Assembly (NCBI GenBank): GCA_963782105.1
Contig: CAWAII010000013.1
Coordinates: 139,042-203,041 of the forward strand
Reading direction: 5' to 3'
Length of the DNA stretch: 64,000 nucleotides
Origin: an uncultured Acidobacteriaceae bacterium
GTDB taxonomy: Bacteria > Acidobacteriota > Terriglobia > Terriglobales > Acidobacteriaceae
The notes below the pieces were generated by a model. It saw nothing but the letters and a program-made list of their open reading frames with translations, searched no databases and was not told the origin of the DNA. Position 1 is the first letter of the stretch. Each line of letters starts with the position of its first letter. This document shows positions 19,389 through 30,451 of the stretch, piece after piece. Both the position numbers and the translations under genes were made by a program.

Positions 19389-20612
19389 GTGTCTCTCGCT
19401 TTCCAGATAGAAGCCCTCAGTGGGCAGGCGAGGCGGGCGACCATGACGCTGCCTCACGGGCTGGTCCAGACGCCGGCCTTCATGCCGGTCGGCACGGCCG
19501 GTTCGGTCAAGGCGGTCCCCCAGCATCTGCTCGAAGAGCTGGACGCCCAGATCATTCTGGCCAATACCTACCACCTCTATCTGCGGCCAGGTCACGAGCT
19601 GGTCCGGCGCATGGGGGGACTGCACCGCTTCATCGGCTGGCCGCGGCCCATGCTGACCGATTCCGGCGGCTTTCAGGTCTTCAGCCTGAACCAGTTGCGC
19701 AAGGTCAGCGAAGAAGGCGTGCACTTCCGGTCGCACCTGGATGGATCCACCCATTTCTTCTCGCCCGAGCACTCCATGGACGTGCAAATGGCGCTCGGCG
19801 CGGACATCGTCATGGCCTTCGACGAATGCACCGAGTACCCGGCCGACCGCGCGCGCGCCCGGCAATCCCTCGAGCTGACCCTGCGCTGGGCCAGGCGCAG
19901 CCAGCAGCACTTCAACGCCACTGCGAAGATACCTCCCGTCCGAATGGCCCGGGGAACGGGCAGACCTTCGCCACCCAATCGCTATTTGGCATCGTGCAGG
20001 GCGGCATGTATCCGGATCTGCGGCGCGATTCGGCCGAGCGGTTGGTCGACATGGATTTTCCCGGCTATGCCATCGGGGGCCTGAGCGTGGGCGAGCCGCG
20101 GGCTTTGACCCGGGAGATCATCGAAAGCACACTGCCCTTGCTGCCCCCGGACAAGCCGCGATACGTGATGGGCGTTGGCTACCCGGAAGAGATTGTGGAG
20201 TACGCCGCGCTGGGCGTGGACATGATGGACTGCGCGATGCCCACGCGCGCGGCGCGGCACGGACTGCTGTTTACCTCCGAGGGGCGGCTCAATATCAAGA
20301 ACCGGCGCTTTGCCGAGGATCCGGAACCACCCGACCCGGAGTGCGGCTGCATGGTTTGCCGCCGCTACAGCCGGGCGTACCTGCGCCACCTGATGGCGGC
20401 CCAGGAGCCGCTCGGCGGCGGTGCTCAACACCCTGCACAATCTGGCCTTCTACCTTGACACGATGCGATCGGTACGAAATGCTATTGCGACGGATACTCT
20501 TCCTGTGCTGCTGGCCCGCGTGCGTGCGCGGGCCGACCGTGTTGAGCCGGATGAGTCCTCTCGGCGTGCATCCGGCCGCTCCAGTAGACAAACCGGCGCA
20601 GATAGGCTGTAG
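19389..20612 (+). pseudogene. tgt: queuine tRNA-ribosyltransferase Tgt, at least 2 frameshifts (about 19920-19960 and about 20410-20425)
   Basis: TPAFMPVGT and TDSGGFQVFSL lie in frame 1. LFGIVQGGMYPDLR..YAIGGLSVGEP..MGVGYPEEIVEYAALGVDMMDCAMPTR..CGCMVCRRYSRAYLRHL lies in frame 2. LNTLHNLAFYLDTMRSVRNAI lies in frame 3. Confidence 0.85.
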
Positions 20613-20670
20613 TAGAAAGCTGGATAAGAAATACGTGACGCGAGAGATCGAGAAAGGCGGTATCGACGTC

Positions 20671-20990
20671 GTGTCTTTGAACTTCACTTCGTTGTTATTG
20701 GCTCCCGTCATTCCGCCCGGCCTGGTGACCTTTCTCCCGTTTATGCTGATCATTGCCGTTTTTTACTTGATGCTGGTGCGTCCCAACCAGAAGAAGCAGA
20801 AGCAATGGCAGGAGATGCTGGAAGTCTGAAGCCCGGAGACCGCATCACCACCACCGGTGGCATGCGCGGAACCATCATGTCGATCAAGGAGGACGCGGTC
20901 CAGCTGCGCGTCCCCCCGGACAATATCAAGATGGAAGTCGTCAAGAGCGCTATCGCCTCCGTGACAGCCAACCAAGAGGAAGCTAAATAA
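20671..20990 (+). pseudogene. yajC: preprotein translocase subunit YajC, frameshift (about 20815)
   Basis: The TM segment plus LMLVRPNQKKQKQWQEML is in one frame, and SLKPGDRITTTGGMRGTIMSIKEDAVQL is in the next. It sits between tgt and secD, as in many bacteria. Confidence 0.75.
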
Positions 20991-21045
20991 CCGTATCTCG
21001 CGGGGCAGACAGTAAGCCCGGCGGGAAACCCTGATTGCGAATCCC

Positions 21046-22654
21046 ATGCGTAAGAAATTACTCGGCAAAACAGTCCTGATCCTTGCGATTCTTCTCGTCT
21101 TCGTCTACGGCATCTTCGGGATTCCGAAGGGAATTGGCCTCAATGCCTGGAAGACGGCGTTGACCGACCGCATTCATCTTGGTCTTGACCTCAAGGGCGG
21201 CACCCACCTGGTGCTGCAGGTGATGGTGGAGGAAGCGGTGGGCGCGGAGACGGATAATGCGGTGGCCCGGGTACAAGCCGATTTGCAGCAGGGCGGCTTC
21301 GCTGCGCGCTCGGTCTTCAAGCCCGATCCCAAGCAGCCCGAAGTAATTCAGATTCAGGGCACGCCGCCGGACCGTAGCGGCGATGTGCGCAACCTGCTCG
21401 ACTCGCGCTACGGCAACCAGTACACCGTGAGCTCCGGCGCCGAACAATACCTGGACGCTCACCATGAAGCAGACCGAGGTGCAGTCGACCGAGCAGCAAG
21501 CGCTGCAGCAGGCGATCGACACCATCAGCGCCCGCGTGAACAGCCTGGGGGTGACCGAGCCCACCATCCAGGAATACAACCTGGGCACTAACCAGATCCT
21601 GGTGGAGTTGCCCGGCGTGGACGACCTCAGCCGCGTCCGCGAGATCATCCAGTCCACCGCCCGGCTGGAGATTCACCAGGTCGTGGGCGGACCCTTTCCC
21701 ACCGAGCAGGCGGCGGCGCAGAGCCTGGGCGGAACGGTTCCGCCGGAAGATGTGGTGATGCCCTACGGGGGCACCGAGCCGGAACTGATGGGCCAGTACT
21801 ACGTTCTGCAGCGGTTGGCCGTGGTGGCCGGCAACGACTTCCGCGATGCTCAGCCTTCGGTGGACGAAAATGGCCGGCCGGATGCCACCTTCATTCTCAC
21901 CCGCAACGCGGGTGATCGTTTCTACCAGTTCACCAGCACCAACATCGGCAAATCGCTGGCCGTGGTTCTGGAAAACCGGGTGCAGGAGGTCGCGAATATC
22001 CAGCAGGCCATCCGCGACCAGGGCCGCATTACCGGTCTAGGCAAGGAGAAGGCGGAGAACCTTTCCCTGATGCTGCGCACCGGCGCGCTGCCGGCCTCGA
22101 TCCACTATCTGCAGGAGAGCGTTGTCGGACCGTCGCTGGGCGCCGATTCCATTCGCAAAGGCGTGCTCGCCTCGGTCGTCGGCATGCTGGCGGTTTTGAT
22201 CTTCATGCTCATCTATTATCACGGCGCGGGCATCAATGCGGACTTGGCGCTGATTTTGAACCTGGTCATCTTGCTCGGCTTCATGGGCTTCTCCAGCGCC
22301 ACCTTGACCTTGCCGGGAATCGCCGGCGTGATTCTGACGATCGGCATGGGCGTGGATTCGAATGTGCTGATCTTCGAGCGCATCCGGGAAGAACTGCGTG
22401 CCGGCAAGGCCCCCGCGGCGGCGGTCGACCAGGGATTCGCGCATGCCTGGACCACCATCGTCGACACCCACGTCACGACCATCGTCTCGGCCCTCATTCT
22501 GTTTCTCTTCGGAACCGGACCGGTCAAGGGATTTGCCATCACCTTGAGTTTCGGTTTGCTCGCGAACCTGTTCACCGCGGTCTTTGTCTCGCGCGTCATT
22601 TTTGATGCGATCCTCAAGCACAAGCAGCGCGGAGAGGCGCTTTCCATCGGGTAG
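21046..22654 (+). pseudogene. secD: protein translocase subunit SecD, frameshift (about 21440-21465)
   Basis: N-terminal TM segment plus LGLDLKGGTHLVLQV in the 21046 frame. The remainder, including the C-terminal 6-TM domain (GIAGVILTIGMGVDSNVLIFERIREE), is in the 21464..22654 frame. Confidence 0.9.
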
Positions 22655-22736
22655 CGCCGGCTACCGGTCCGGTGAGAATAATTTCTGACGCGCAGGAGCC
22701 CCGGCGGCTCGCGCACGAGCAAGGCGGAGTCTTCGA

Positions 22737-23941
22737 GTGGAACTGTTTCATGGCATTAACGTCGATTGGCTGGGGAAGAAGTGGTACTTCCTCGCCTTTT
22801 CGCTGGTCTTCAGCGTGTCGGGCGTCCTCTCGATTCTGTTCTGGCACCACATCAATCTGGGCGTCGATTTCCGCGGCGGCACGCTGGTCTATGTCCAGTT
22901 TGAGCAGCCGCCGAACGCGGACAGAATTCGCCAGGCGACCGACCGTGCCGGCATCCACGATGCCCGCATCCAGACCTACGGCACCGTCGAACCACCAGGT
23001 GATGATCTCGCTGGCGCAGAAGGAGACCCAGGAATCGGCCCTCGACGCGGGGCGGCAAACCATCGTCGATGCGCTGAATGCGAACTACTCGCGGCAGCGG
23101 CGGCGGAAACCAGGGCAAGCTGGATCTGGACAACGCCAGCCAGGACGGCCTGACGCAGTTTCTTGAGCAGAGTGATCCCGAGCACCTGGCGAGCACGGGC
23201 GGCGGCTCACAGCGATATGCCCAGCAGGCGGCAGCCATTCTGAATCATCGCGACCGCGACCTTGGCGGCATGTTCAGCAGCCTCGACCAGCTGAATGGCG
23301 TGGCCGATCCGGCCGTGGTGACTCTGCTGAAGCAGGGCGCCTATCTCTCCGGCTTCCACGTCTTCGAGTAGGAGATCATCGGGCCGCAGGTGGGCGCGCA
23401 GTTGCGCAAGCAGGCCTTCCTGGCCACGCTTTACTCGCTGGCCGGCATGCTGGTCTATCTCTGGTTCCGCTTCGAGCTGATCTACGGCGTGGCCGCCGTG
23501 GTCGCGGTCTTCCATGACACCTTGATCACGGTCGGCGCCTTCAGCCTGACCAACCAGGAGATCACCCTGACGGTCATCGCGGCCATTCTGACCCTGATCG
23601 GTTATTCGATGAACGATACGATCGTCGTCTTCGACCGTATTCGCGAGAATCTGCGCATCTCCCGCCGGGAGAATCTGACCAGCGTGGTGAATCGCAGCAT
23701 CAATCAGACCTTGAGCCGGACGGTTCTTACCTCGGGGCTGACTTTCCTCACCGTGCTTTCTCTTTATGTCTTTGGCGGCGAGGTATTGCACGGCTTTTCC
23801 TTTGCCCTGGTGATCGGCATTCTGATCGGCACCTATTCTTCGATCGCGGTGGCCGCGCCGATGCTGGTGGCCTATCAGGACTGGCGCGCGAAGCGGGGCA
23901 AGCGGGCCGTTTTGCCGGCGGCCAAGCGGGCCAAGGTATGA
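22737..23941 (+). pseudogene. secF: protein translocase subunit SecF, at least 2 frameshifts plus in-frame TAG at 23369-23371
   Basis: INLGVDFRGGTLVYVQF in frame 1, with middle segments in two other frames. The membrane domain (LIGYSMNDTIVVFDRIREN) is in 23390..23941, the same frame as 23078..23371, separated only by a TAG. Confidence 0.85.
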
Positions 23942-24097
23942 GCCGAAGACGCTCCGTAGCCGCTGAAGCATATACATGCGGGCCACTCCAGACCGGTGTA
24001 GGATCATTTGCGCCTTCATCCATTGTCCTTCGCCGGGATCAAAAAATCGTCCGGCGGTGTCTAAATTGGTACAGCTTACGAATTCCGAGGTTAGGCC

Positions 24098-24815
24098 ATG
24101 TTTGAAGATTCGCTGATGGAGTCCGGCGGCAAGATCAAGACCAAGAGCAAGTATTGGTCGATCCTTACGCTGTGTCTCAATGCGCGCGGTACTGATCGTG
24201 CTCATCATCTGGCCGTTGCTCCATCCCGAAGCTCTCCCCACCCAGATGATGGCGACATTGCTGGTGGCCCCGCCGCCACCACCGCCACCTCCCCCGCCAC
24301 CGCCGCCCAGGCGCCGATTCAAGGTTGAGATCATTCGGAGATGTTGAACAACGAGCTGCAGGCGCCAAGCAAGATCCCGAAAACAATCAAGGACGTGAAG
24401 GAATCGGCTGCCGCCGCCGATGGCCGGTGTTGCCGGCATGGAGGGCATGGGCGGCGGCGCGGCGGCGTGATGGGCGGTATTCTCGGCGGTATCGGGACAG
24501 GGCCGGCAGTCAAGGCGGCGCCCCCCAAGAAGCTGACCATCTCCTCCGGCGTCATGCCCGGAAACCTGATCCAGAAGACGGTGCCGCAGTACCCGGCGAT
24601 TGCCAAGGCGGCGCGCATTCAGGGTACTGTCGTTCTGCAGGCCACGATTTCCAAGGCCGGCGAGATCACCAACCTCAGAGTCGTCAGTGGTCCGCCCATG
24701 CTGCAGCAGCGGCATGGATGCGGTCCGCACCTGGCGCTACAGGCCTTATCTGCTCAATGACGAGCCGGTCGAGGTCGAAACGACCGTGAACGTAATCTTC
24801 AACCTTGATGGATAA
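24098..24815 (+). pseudogene. tonB: TonB-family energy transducer, at least 4 frameshifts
   Basis: The N-terminal anchor (LIVLIIWPLL), a run of about 13 Pro codons (about 24280-24320) and the C-terminal TonB domain (YPAIAKAARIQGTVVLQATISKAGEITNLRVVSGPPML..AAMDAVRTWRYRPY..VETTVNVIFNL) are spread over all three frames. Confidence 0.75.
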
Positions 24816-25016
24816 CGCTGCGTGCTGGCGCAGTCTTCAACCAAGGTGGTAGTCGGCAATCTCAACCTTCTGGCCTCTTCGGGTCATTTCCTACCAAGAG
24901 GCCCGGTGCTAGCATCTGGATGTTTCAGAGCTCTAAAAGAAGCCATTCCCTAGGAGGAAAGATTCAGTGATTCTCGCTCACCTCATCCCATCGCTGCCCA
25001 TCAGGCCGCTCTCGGC

Positions 25017-25717
25017 ATGTACTTCTTCCAGGATCAGGGCAGACCGTCGGCTTTAGCCCGATGGACCTCTGGCACAACATGGGCAACGTGGCTAGGGCGT
25101 CGTCATCGTTCTCTTCATCATGTCCATCTGGTCGCTGGCTGTGATCATCGACCGCGCCCTCTATTTCAGCGCGGCCCGCAAGCAGTCGCGCGAGTTTGCT
25201 CCCCGCGTCGCGGGCGCTCTCAAAGAGGGCAAGTTGGATGAAGCGGTCAAGGTTGCCGACCGCAACAAGAAATCGCATCTGGCCGAGGTTGTCACCGCCG
25301 GCCTGCAGGAGTTCCGCAACTATGGCGGCGGCGGCGCCAGTGACCGACGAGCAGATCGAGTCCAGCAAGCGCGCTCTCGAGCGCTCCGAAGCGATCGTCC
25401 ACGCCAAGCTGAAGAGGGGTCTCGGCGGCCTGGCCACGATCGGTTCGACGGCGCCCTTTATCGGGCTCTTCGGAACGGTCGTCGGTATCTTGAACGCCTT
25501 CCAGCAGATCGCGACCCAGAAGACCTCCGGTATCGGCGCAGTCGCCGGCGGTATCTCTGAAGCCCTGGTCACCACGGCTTTCGGTCTGCTCGTCGCCATC
25601 CCGGCCGTGATGACCTTCAACTACTTCACCGGCAAGGTGGAAGCCTTCGACGTGGAGATGGACAACTCCTCGAGCGAACTGATCGATTACTTCATCAAGC
25701 AGAGCCACCGCCGCTAA
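25017..25717 (+). pseudogene. exbB: MotA/TolQ/ExbB proton channel protein, at least 3 frameshifts
   Basis: Successive frames read MDLWHNMGNVA, then VVIVLFIMSIWSLAVIIDRALYF, then LATIGSTAPFIGLFGTVVGILNAFQ..GGISEALVTTAFGLLVAIPAVMTFNYF. Confidence 0.8.
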
Positions 25718-25760
25718 AACGTGCGCGCTGCATTGCAGGCACTCTTCAGCGAGAATCCTG

Positions 25761-25801
25761 CACCGGTTGGAACGGACTAAAGAATCCGTTCCAACCCGGT
25801 G
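25761..25801 (+). terminator. long hairpin 44 nt after exbB stop (terminator/processing-site candidate)
   Basis: CACCGGTTGGAACGGA-CTAAAGAA-TCCGTTCCAACCCGGTG forms 16 bp with one bulged G, followed by GTTTCTC (a weak U tract). Confidence 0.3.
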
Positions 25802-26014
25802 GTTTCTCAGAGCCCGCAGCGGTCCCAGATCAGAATCGATCAAGGAGCGAGTGCCAGAAAGGTACGGTTCGACAGTCACCTCTGTACTGCGAGTATAGTG
25901 ATGCGGCTTCAGCGCGAGTCCTGTATCGGGATGCCAGCGCAGCTCTCAGGAGCATCGTTCGATCGCCGAAGATGGAGCTTGAAGCTGAGCAGCTCGACCC
26001 ACGGAGCACAAACA

Positions 26015-26476
<462 letters not shown>

Positions 26477-26553
26477 GCTGGCGGACTAATCGCTACAGCG
26501 TTTAAGGAACACAGCCTGGCCTAAGAGCTGAGCCAAAGAAAACGAGGGACAAT

Positions 26554-26993
26554 ATGTCATTGCGATGGGTGGTGGCGGGGCTCTCCCACGACATCAATGT
26601 GACTCCGCTGATCGATGTGTTGCTGGTGCTGTTGATCATCTTCATGGTCATCGTGCCGGTGACGCCGAAAGGGCTGGATGCTCTGGTGCCGCAGCCGCCG
26701 AAGAATCCGCAAAAGCAACAGGAGAACGACCGCACCATCGTCGTGCAGATCTCGCATCGTGCTGGCGGGGGCGTGCCGGGCTACAAGATCAACGAGCAGG
26801 ACATGTTACCCACGCCGACCTGTTGAACAAGCTGGCGGGCATCTTTGCCACGCGCGCGGAAAAGGTGATGTTCATCAAGGGGGATACAGGATCTTGAACT
26901 TCGCCGGTAGTGGCGGACGTCATCGATATCGGCCATGAGGCCGGCGTGGATCACATTGGTCTGATCACGCCGAAGGTCGAGGCGGGACAGTAG
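26554..26993 (+). pseudogene. exbD: second ExbD/TolR paralogue, at least 3 frameshifts
   Basis: HDINVTPLIDVLLVLLIIFMVIVPV in frame 1. ADLLNKLAGIFATRAEKVMFIKGD and VADVIDIGHEAGVDHIGLITPKVEAGQ* are in other frames. Confidence 0.75.
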
Positions 26994-27215
26994 GAATCGC
27001 GTGCTGGTTGTGCAGGCTCGGGCCATGGCTGAGCTCGTCCTTCAACCTCGGGAGCTGAAAGGCTCCTCGAAGGCTTGGACCAGACGAGTCGATCCGGCAA
27101 GCTGCGAGTAGTGAGCTCGCTGGAATCGAAGGAAAGGTTGCCTGGCGCCTGCTGCCATGAGCCACAACGACAGCAAGCAGACGATCGAGGTCCACACGCA
27201 CTCTTGCAGTTCGGT

Positions 27216-27254
27216 CCGCGGCTGCTCATGGGCAGCCGCGGGCTTCGTTTTTTC
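27216..27254 (+). terminator. rho-independent terminator (orphan: 220 nt after exbD2, no convincing ORF in between)
   Basis: CCGCGGCTGC-TCATGG-GCAGCCGCGG is a 10-bp GC-rich stem, followed by GCTTCGTTTTTTC. Confidence 0.55.
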
Positions 27255-27263
27255 TGTCTGGAC

Positions 27264-27291
27264 TTGCCAGTAGGCTGAAACCAATTACAAT
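27264..27291 (+). promoter_or_regulatory. sigma-70-like promoter candidate for the TPR gene
   Basis: TTGCCA (27264-27269), a 16-nt spacer, then TACAAT (27286-27291). It lies about 95 nt upstream of ATG 27386, which has AAGGAG at 27368-27373. Confidence 0.3.
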
Positions 27292-27385
27292 CACAGCGCA
27301 GAGTTTTTTCCTCTCGCGTTCCCGGCCGCGTAAGCTGTACGATGTCAGGCGCGAGCCTGGCGATCAGAAGGAGATAAGAAGCGGA

Positions 27386-28220
27386 ATGAAGCGAAGCGCA
27401 TATTTTCCGGTGCTGGCAGCCGCCTACCCTGTCGCTGCTCCCATGGTTGACCGGCTGCAGCAAGCTGCAGGCCCGCGACCAACTCAATAAGGGTGTCGAA
27501 GCGTATAAGAATGCGAGGTTCGAGGAAGCGATCGACCACTTCCAAAGAGCCGAACGGCTCGATCCCACGCTTCAGATGGCGCCCTCTCTATCTCGCGACG
27601 GCATATGCGCAGCAAGTCGTGCCCGATGCACAAACTCCTGAAAATATCAAGAATGCGGAGTTTGCGATCGAATGCATATCAGCAGGTGCTCGACAAGGAT
27701 CCAAACGACCTGACCGCGCTTCAAGGGAATCGCCGCGGTCTATCTGAATACGGGCAAGACCGACGAGGCGAAGGAATGGCAGACAAAGGTTACTGGCGGT
27801 CGATCCGAAAGACCCGGTTGCCCATCTACACGATCGGCGTCATCGATTGGCGGCTTGCCTACAGGAATGCGATCCAAACGCGCACCAGCCTCGGCCTGCA
27901 GGACAACGGCGACCCGATCAAGGACAAGACTGCATGCCAGAAGCTGGCAGAGCAAAACGGACCGATCTGGTGAACCAGGGCATCGAAGCCTTGCAACAAG
28001 CCATCGAGCTGCGTCCCGGCATATGACGATGCGATGTCGTATCTGAGCCTTTTGTATCGGCGCAAGGCCGATCTGGATTGCGGCGACGACGCGGCACGCA
28101 AGGCAGGATATGGCCATGTTCGATCAATGGCGCGACAAAACCATGGCGACGCGTAAGGCGAACGAAGCGAAGAAGAACCAGCAAACGCCTGGCGGCATCA
28201 CGATGGGCAACCCCAAGTAG
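27386..28220 (+). pseudogene. TPR-repeat lipoprotein downstream of the TonB system, at least 6 frameshifts
   Basis: A lipobox-like LTGCSKLQ and TPR-like segments are scattered over three frames. The segments are GVEAYKNARFEEAIDHFQRAERLDP, LYLATAYAQQ, YQQVLDKDPNDLTAL and AMSYLSLLYRRKADL. Confidence 0.6.
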
Positions 28221-28243
28221 TAGCCGCGATGAAGCACCTTCAA

Positions 28244-28271
28244 CGAGCCCCCGGCTAGCGCCGGGGGCTCG
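28244..28271. terminator. rho-independent terminator between convergent TPR and oxidoreductase genes
   Basis: CGAGCCCCCGGC-TAGC-GCCGGGGGCTCG is a 12-bp perfect stem, followed by TTGCTTTTG on the plus strand. Confidence 0.6.
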
Positions 28272-28323
28272 TTGCTTTTGCAGGAGCTGGTAACGATCGG
28301 GTTGGCGAGATAAACCGAAAGAT

Positions 28324-29337
28324 CTAGGGGACGAGTTGCTGTCTTTTTCCCTGGCGCAAGCTGGTGTAGGCGGCGTCAAGGACGCGCTGGTTGCGCAGGC
28401 CGTCTTGCCCCGATGCGGAATAGCTTTCCGTTCCATGAAAGGCGGCGGAGAAGGCATCGAGCATCATGCCATAGGCATCGTTATTTGATACCTGATGCTG
28501 TTCCGCAACCTTGCCGCCGCGTAACCAGACCACATCCACGGGATGATCCACACTGAGGCCGTTCTCGCATTTCACGACGCCGTCGTCTCCCACAACTTCA
28601 ATGAAGGTATAACGGAATGGCGCGCGTGCCGTCACTGTCACCGAGCCCACGGTCCCTTTGGAGAACGCGAGACCGATCGAGGCATTGCTCTCCACCCGCC
28701 CCGATTGCGGGTCGCCCGTCGCCATCGTGGCGACCGAGACAACGTCGTCGGCGAGCACGAATCGCAGTGCGTCGAGGCAATGAATACCTACATCGCCGAT
28801 AGGGCCTCCGCAAGCGACCTCCGGATTGTAGATCCAGGCACGCGGCACCTGGGCGGCGTCATAACAGAACTGCGCGCGGGCCAGCGCAGGCTTGCCAATC
28901 CGGCCCTCCGCAATCCACTCGCGAGTGAGCCTTAGGCTGCGGTTGAAGCGGAAATTCTGCGCCACACCGAAGAGCGCCCTCGCGTCTTGCGCTGCAGCCA
29001 GCATCTCTTCGACCTCGCCAGCATTCATCCCCAGGGGCTTTTCGCAGAGCACAGCTTTGCCGGCCCTGAGCGCCAGCAGCACGTGGGGCCGATGCAGGGC
29101 GTCAGGCGAGGTAACGAAGACAGCATCGATTTCAGGAGATGCACAGAGTGCTTCCGCGCTGGCGAAACGGCAAGGGAGGTTTAAGGCGCGTGCATTGGCG
29201 TCTGCCTTATCCGCGTCACGGCGCCATATCCCGCGCAACACCGAAGCCCTGGCCAAGGCAAATCCAGGTACCAGCCGTCGCAGTCCATGGTTGCCGAACC
29301 CGAGAATGGCGTAACGGACCGGAGACCCCCTCGTCAT
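28324..29337 (-). CDS. Gfo/Idh/MocA family oxidoreductase
   Basis: Intact 337-codon ORF. The N-terminal Rossmann fold is RYAILGFGNHG, with a C-terminal alpha/beta domain. Its start overlaps the upstream PPIase stop (ATGA). Confidence 0.85.
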   Translation of the reverse strand: MTRGSPVRYAILGFGNHGLRRLVPGFALARASVLRGIWRRDADKADANARALNLPCRFASAEALCASPEIDAVFVTSPDALHRPHVLLALRAGKAVLCEKPLGMNAGEVEEMLAAAQDARALFGVAQNFRFNRSLRLTREWIAEGRIGKPALARAQFCYDAAQVPRAWIYNPEVACGGPIGDVGIHCLDALRFVLADDVVSVATMATGDPQSGRVESNASIGLAFSKGTVGSVTVTARAPFRYTFIEVVGDDGVVKCENGLSVDHPVDVVWLRGGKVAEQHQVSNNDAYGMMLDAFSAAFHGTESYSASGQDGLRNQRVLDAAYTSLRQGKRQQLVP

Positions 29338-30365
29338 TGAGCGCCGTTCTTGAAAATCTGTTCTGCCAGGCGGTTCTCCACGTGCGCCTGATTGCGCACA
29401 ATTTCGTAATAGGCGGCTCTCAACAGTTGGGAGCGGCTGTCGCGTAGTTGCTGCCGAATATCCTGTTGCACGCGCGGGATCGTTCAGCTCGCGCTGGCCG
29501 GCCGGCTCCTTTTCAATGAGCTTGTAGATCGCATAACCTGCGGGGGACTTGGCGCCCGGCGCGTGTCAACGGAATGACGTCCGTTATCTGCCCCGGCTGG
29601 AGCTTGGAGATCGCGGCGAAGACGGCCGCATCGCTACGCAGGCTCGATTCCGGGATAAAGCCCATATTCCCGCCGTTGTTGGCGTCATTGGGGTTCTCCG
29701 AGAGGTTCATGGCCAAAGTGGCAAAGTCTTCTCCGCTTTCCAGGCGGTTGTGCAGCATATCGATTTTTCTGCGCGCCTCGGCGTCGTTGCCTGCTTTGCT
29801 GTTCTGCAGATTGGCCCCTGCTGCATCGGGGTGGGCTGCGAAGTCACGACGATGTCAGCGATGTTGTACTTCGGCTCAATGAAGTTGAATTGCGCTTTGT
29901 TCGCGTTGTAGAAGTTGGAGATGTCTGCGTCCGTGATGTTGATCCGCGAGGTCACTTCCTTGTTCATCAGTTTGTCTGAAGTGAGCGAGCGCCGGATCTG
30001 GAGGCGCAGGTCGCCCAGTGACATGCTGGCGGCCTGCAGCCGCTTGTCGAACTCCTCCTGGGTGTATGGCGCCTTCATCTCCGCCAGCTTTGCGTCCACC
30101 TCTTCATCGCTGGCCACCAGGTTCATTTTCTTCGCTTCCTGCTGCAGGATCTCGTCGTCGATCAACAGGCGCAAGATGCTTAGGCGCGTTGCCTCGGCTT
30201 GTTCCTTGGTGGGTTGTTCCTTGTTGTTGCCCAGGTTGTCGCGGTAGAGACTTCTCCACTTCAGAGCGCTGGATCGGTTGTCCGTTCACGATGGCCACAA
30301 CATCCGGCCCATAGCCAGCGTTTGCAACCGGAAATAAAAACTCCGCTCAGCAGAGCGATGCTCAT
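29334..30365 (-). pseudogene. SurA/PpiD-like peptidyl-prolyl isomerase lipoprotein, at least 4 frameshifts
   Basis: All of the following are minus-strand segments in alternating frames:
- lipobox MSIALLSGVFISGC
- VAIVNGQPIQRSEV
- LLIDDEILQQEAKKMNL
- parvulin-like GEDFATLAMNLSENPNDANNGGNMGFI
- tail LRAAYYEIVRNQAHVENRLAEQIFKNGAQ*. Confidence 0.7.
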
Positions 30366-30451
30366 CGAAGCGCAGGCAACAGTCGTGCGCACTTTTGACG
30401 CAGGGCGCGCCGCGGCGAAGTTGCATGGTAGTGCGCACTCTTCGAATTCTC

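Noticed and set aside
18513-19910. 465-aa minus-strand ORF
   Set aside because: It is antisense to nadD, folK and tgt, which have clear conserved motifs on their own strands (nadD minus, folK and tgt plus). The translation is Arg/Gly/Pro/Ala-rich low-complexity sequence, typical of open antisense frames in high-GC DNA.
23207-24730. 507-aa minus-strand ORF containing a poly-Gly run
   Set aside because: It is antisense to secF and tonB. The GGGGGGGGGGGG stretch is simply the reverse complement of the TonB poly-proline linker. No recognisable domain.
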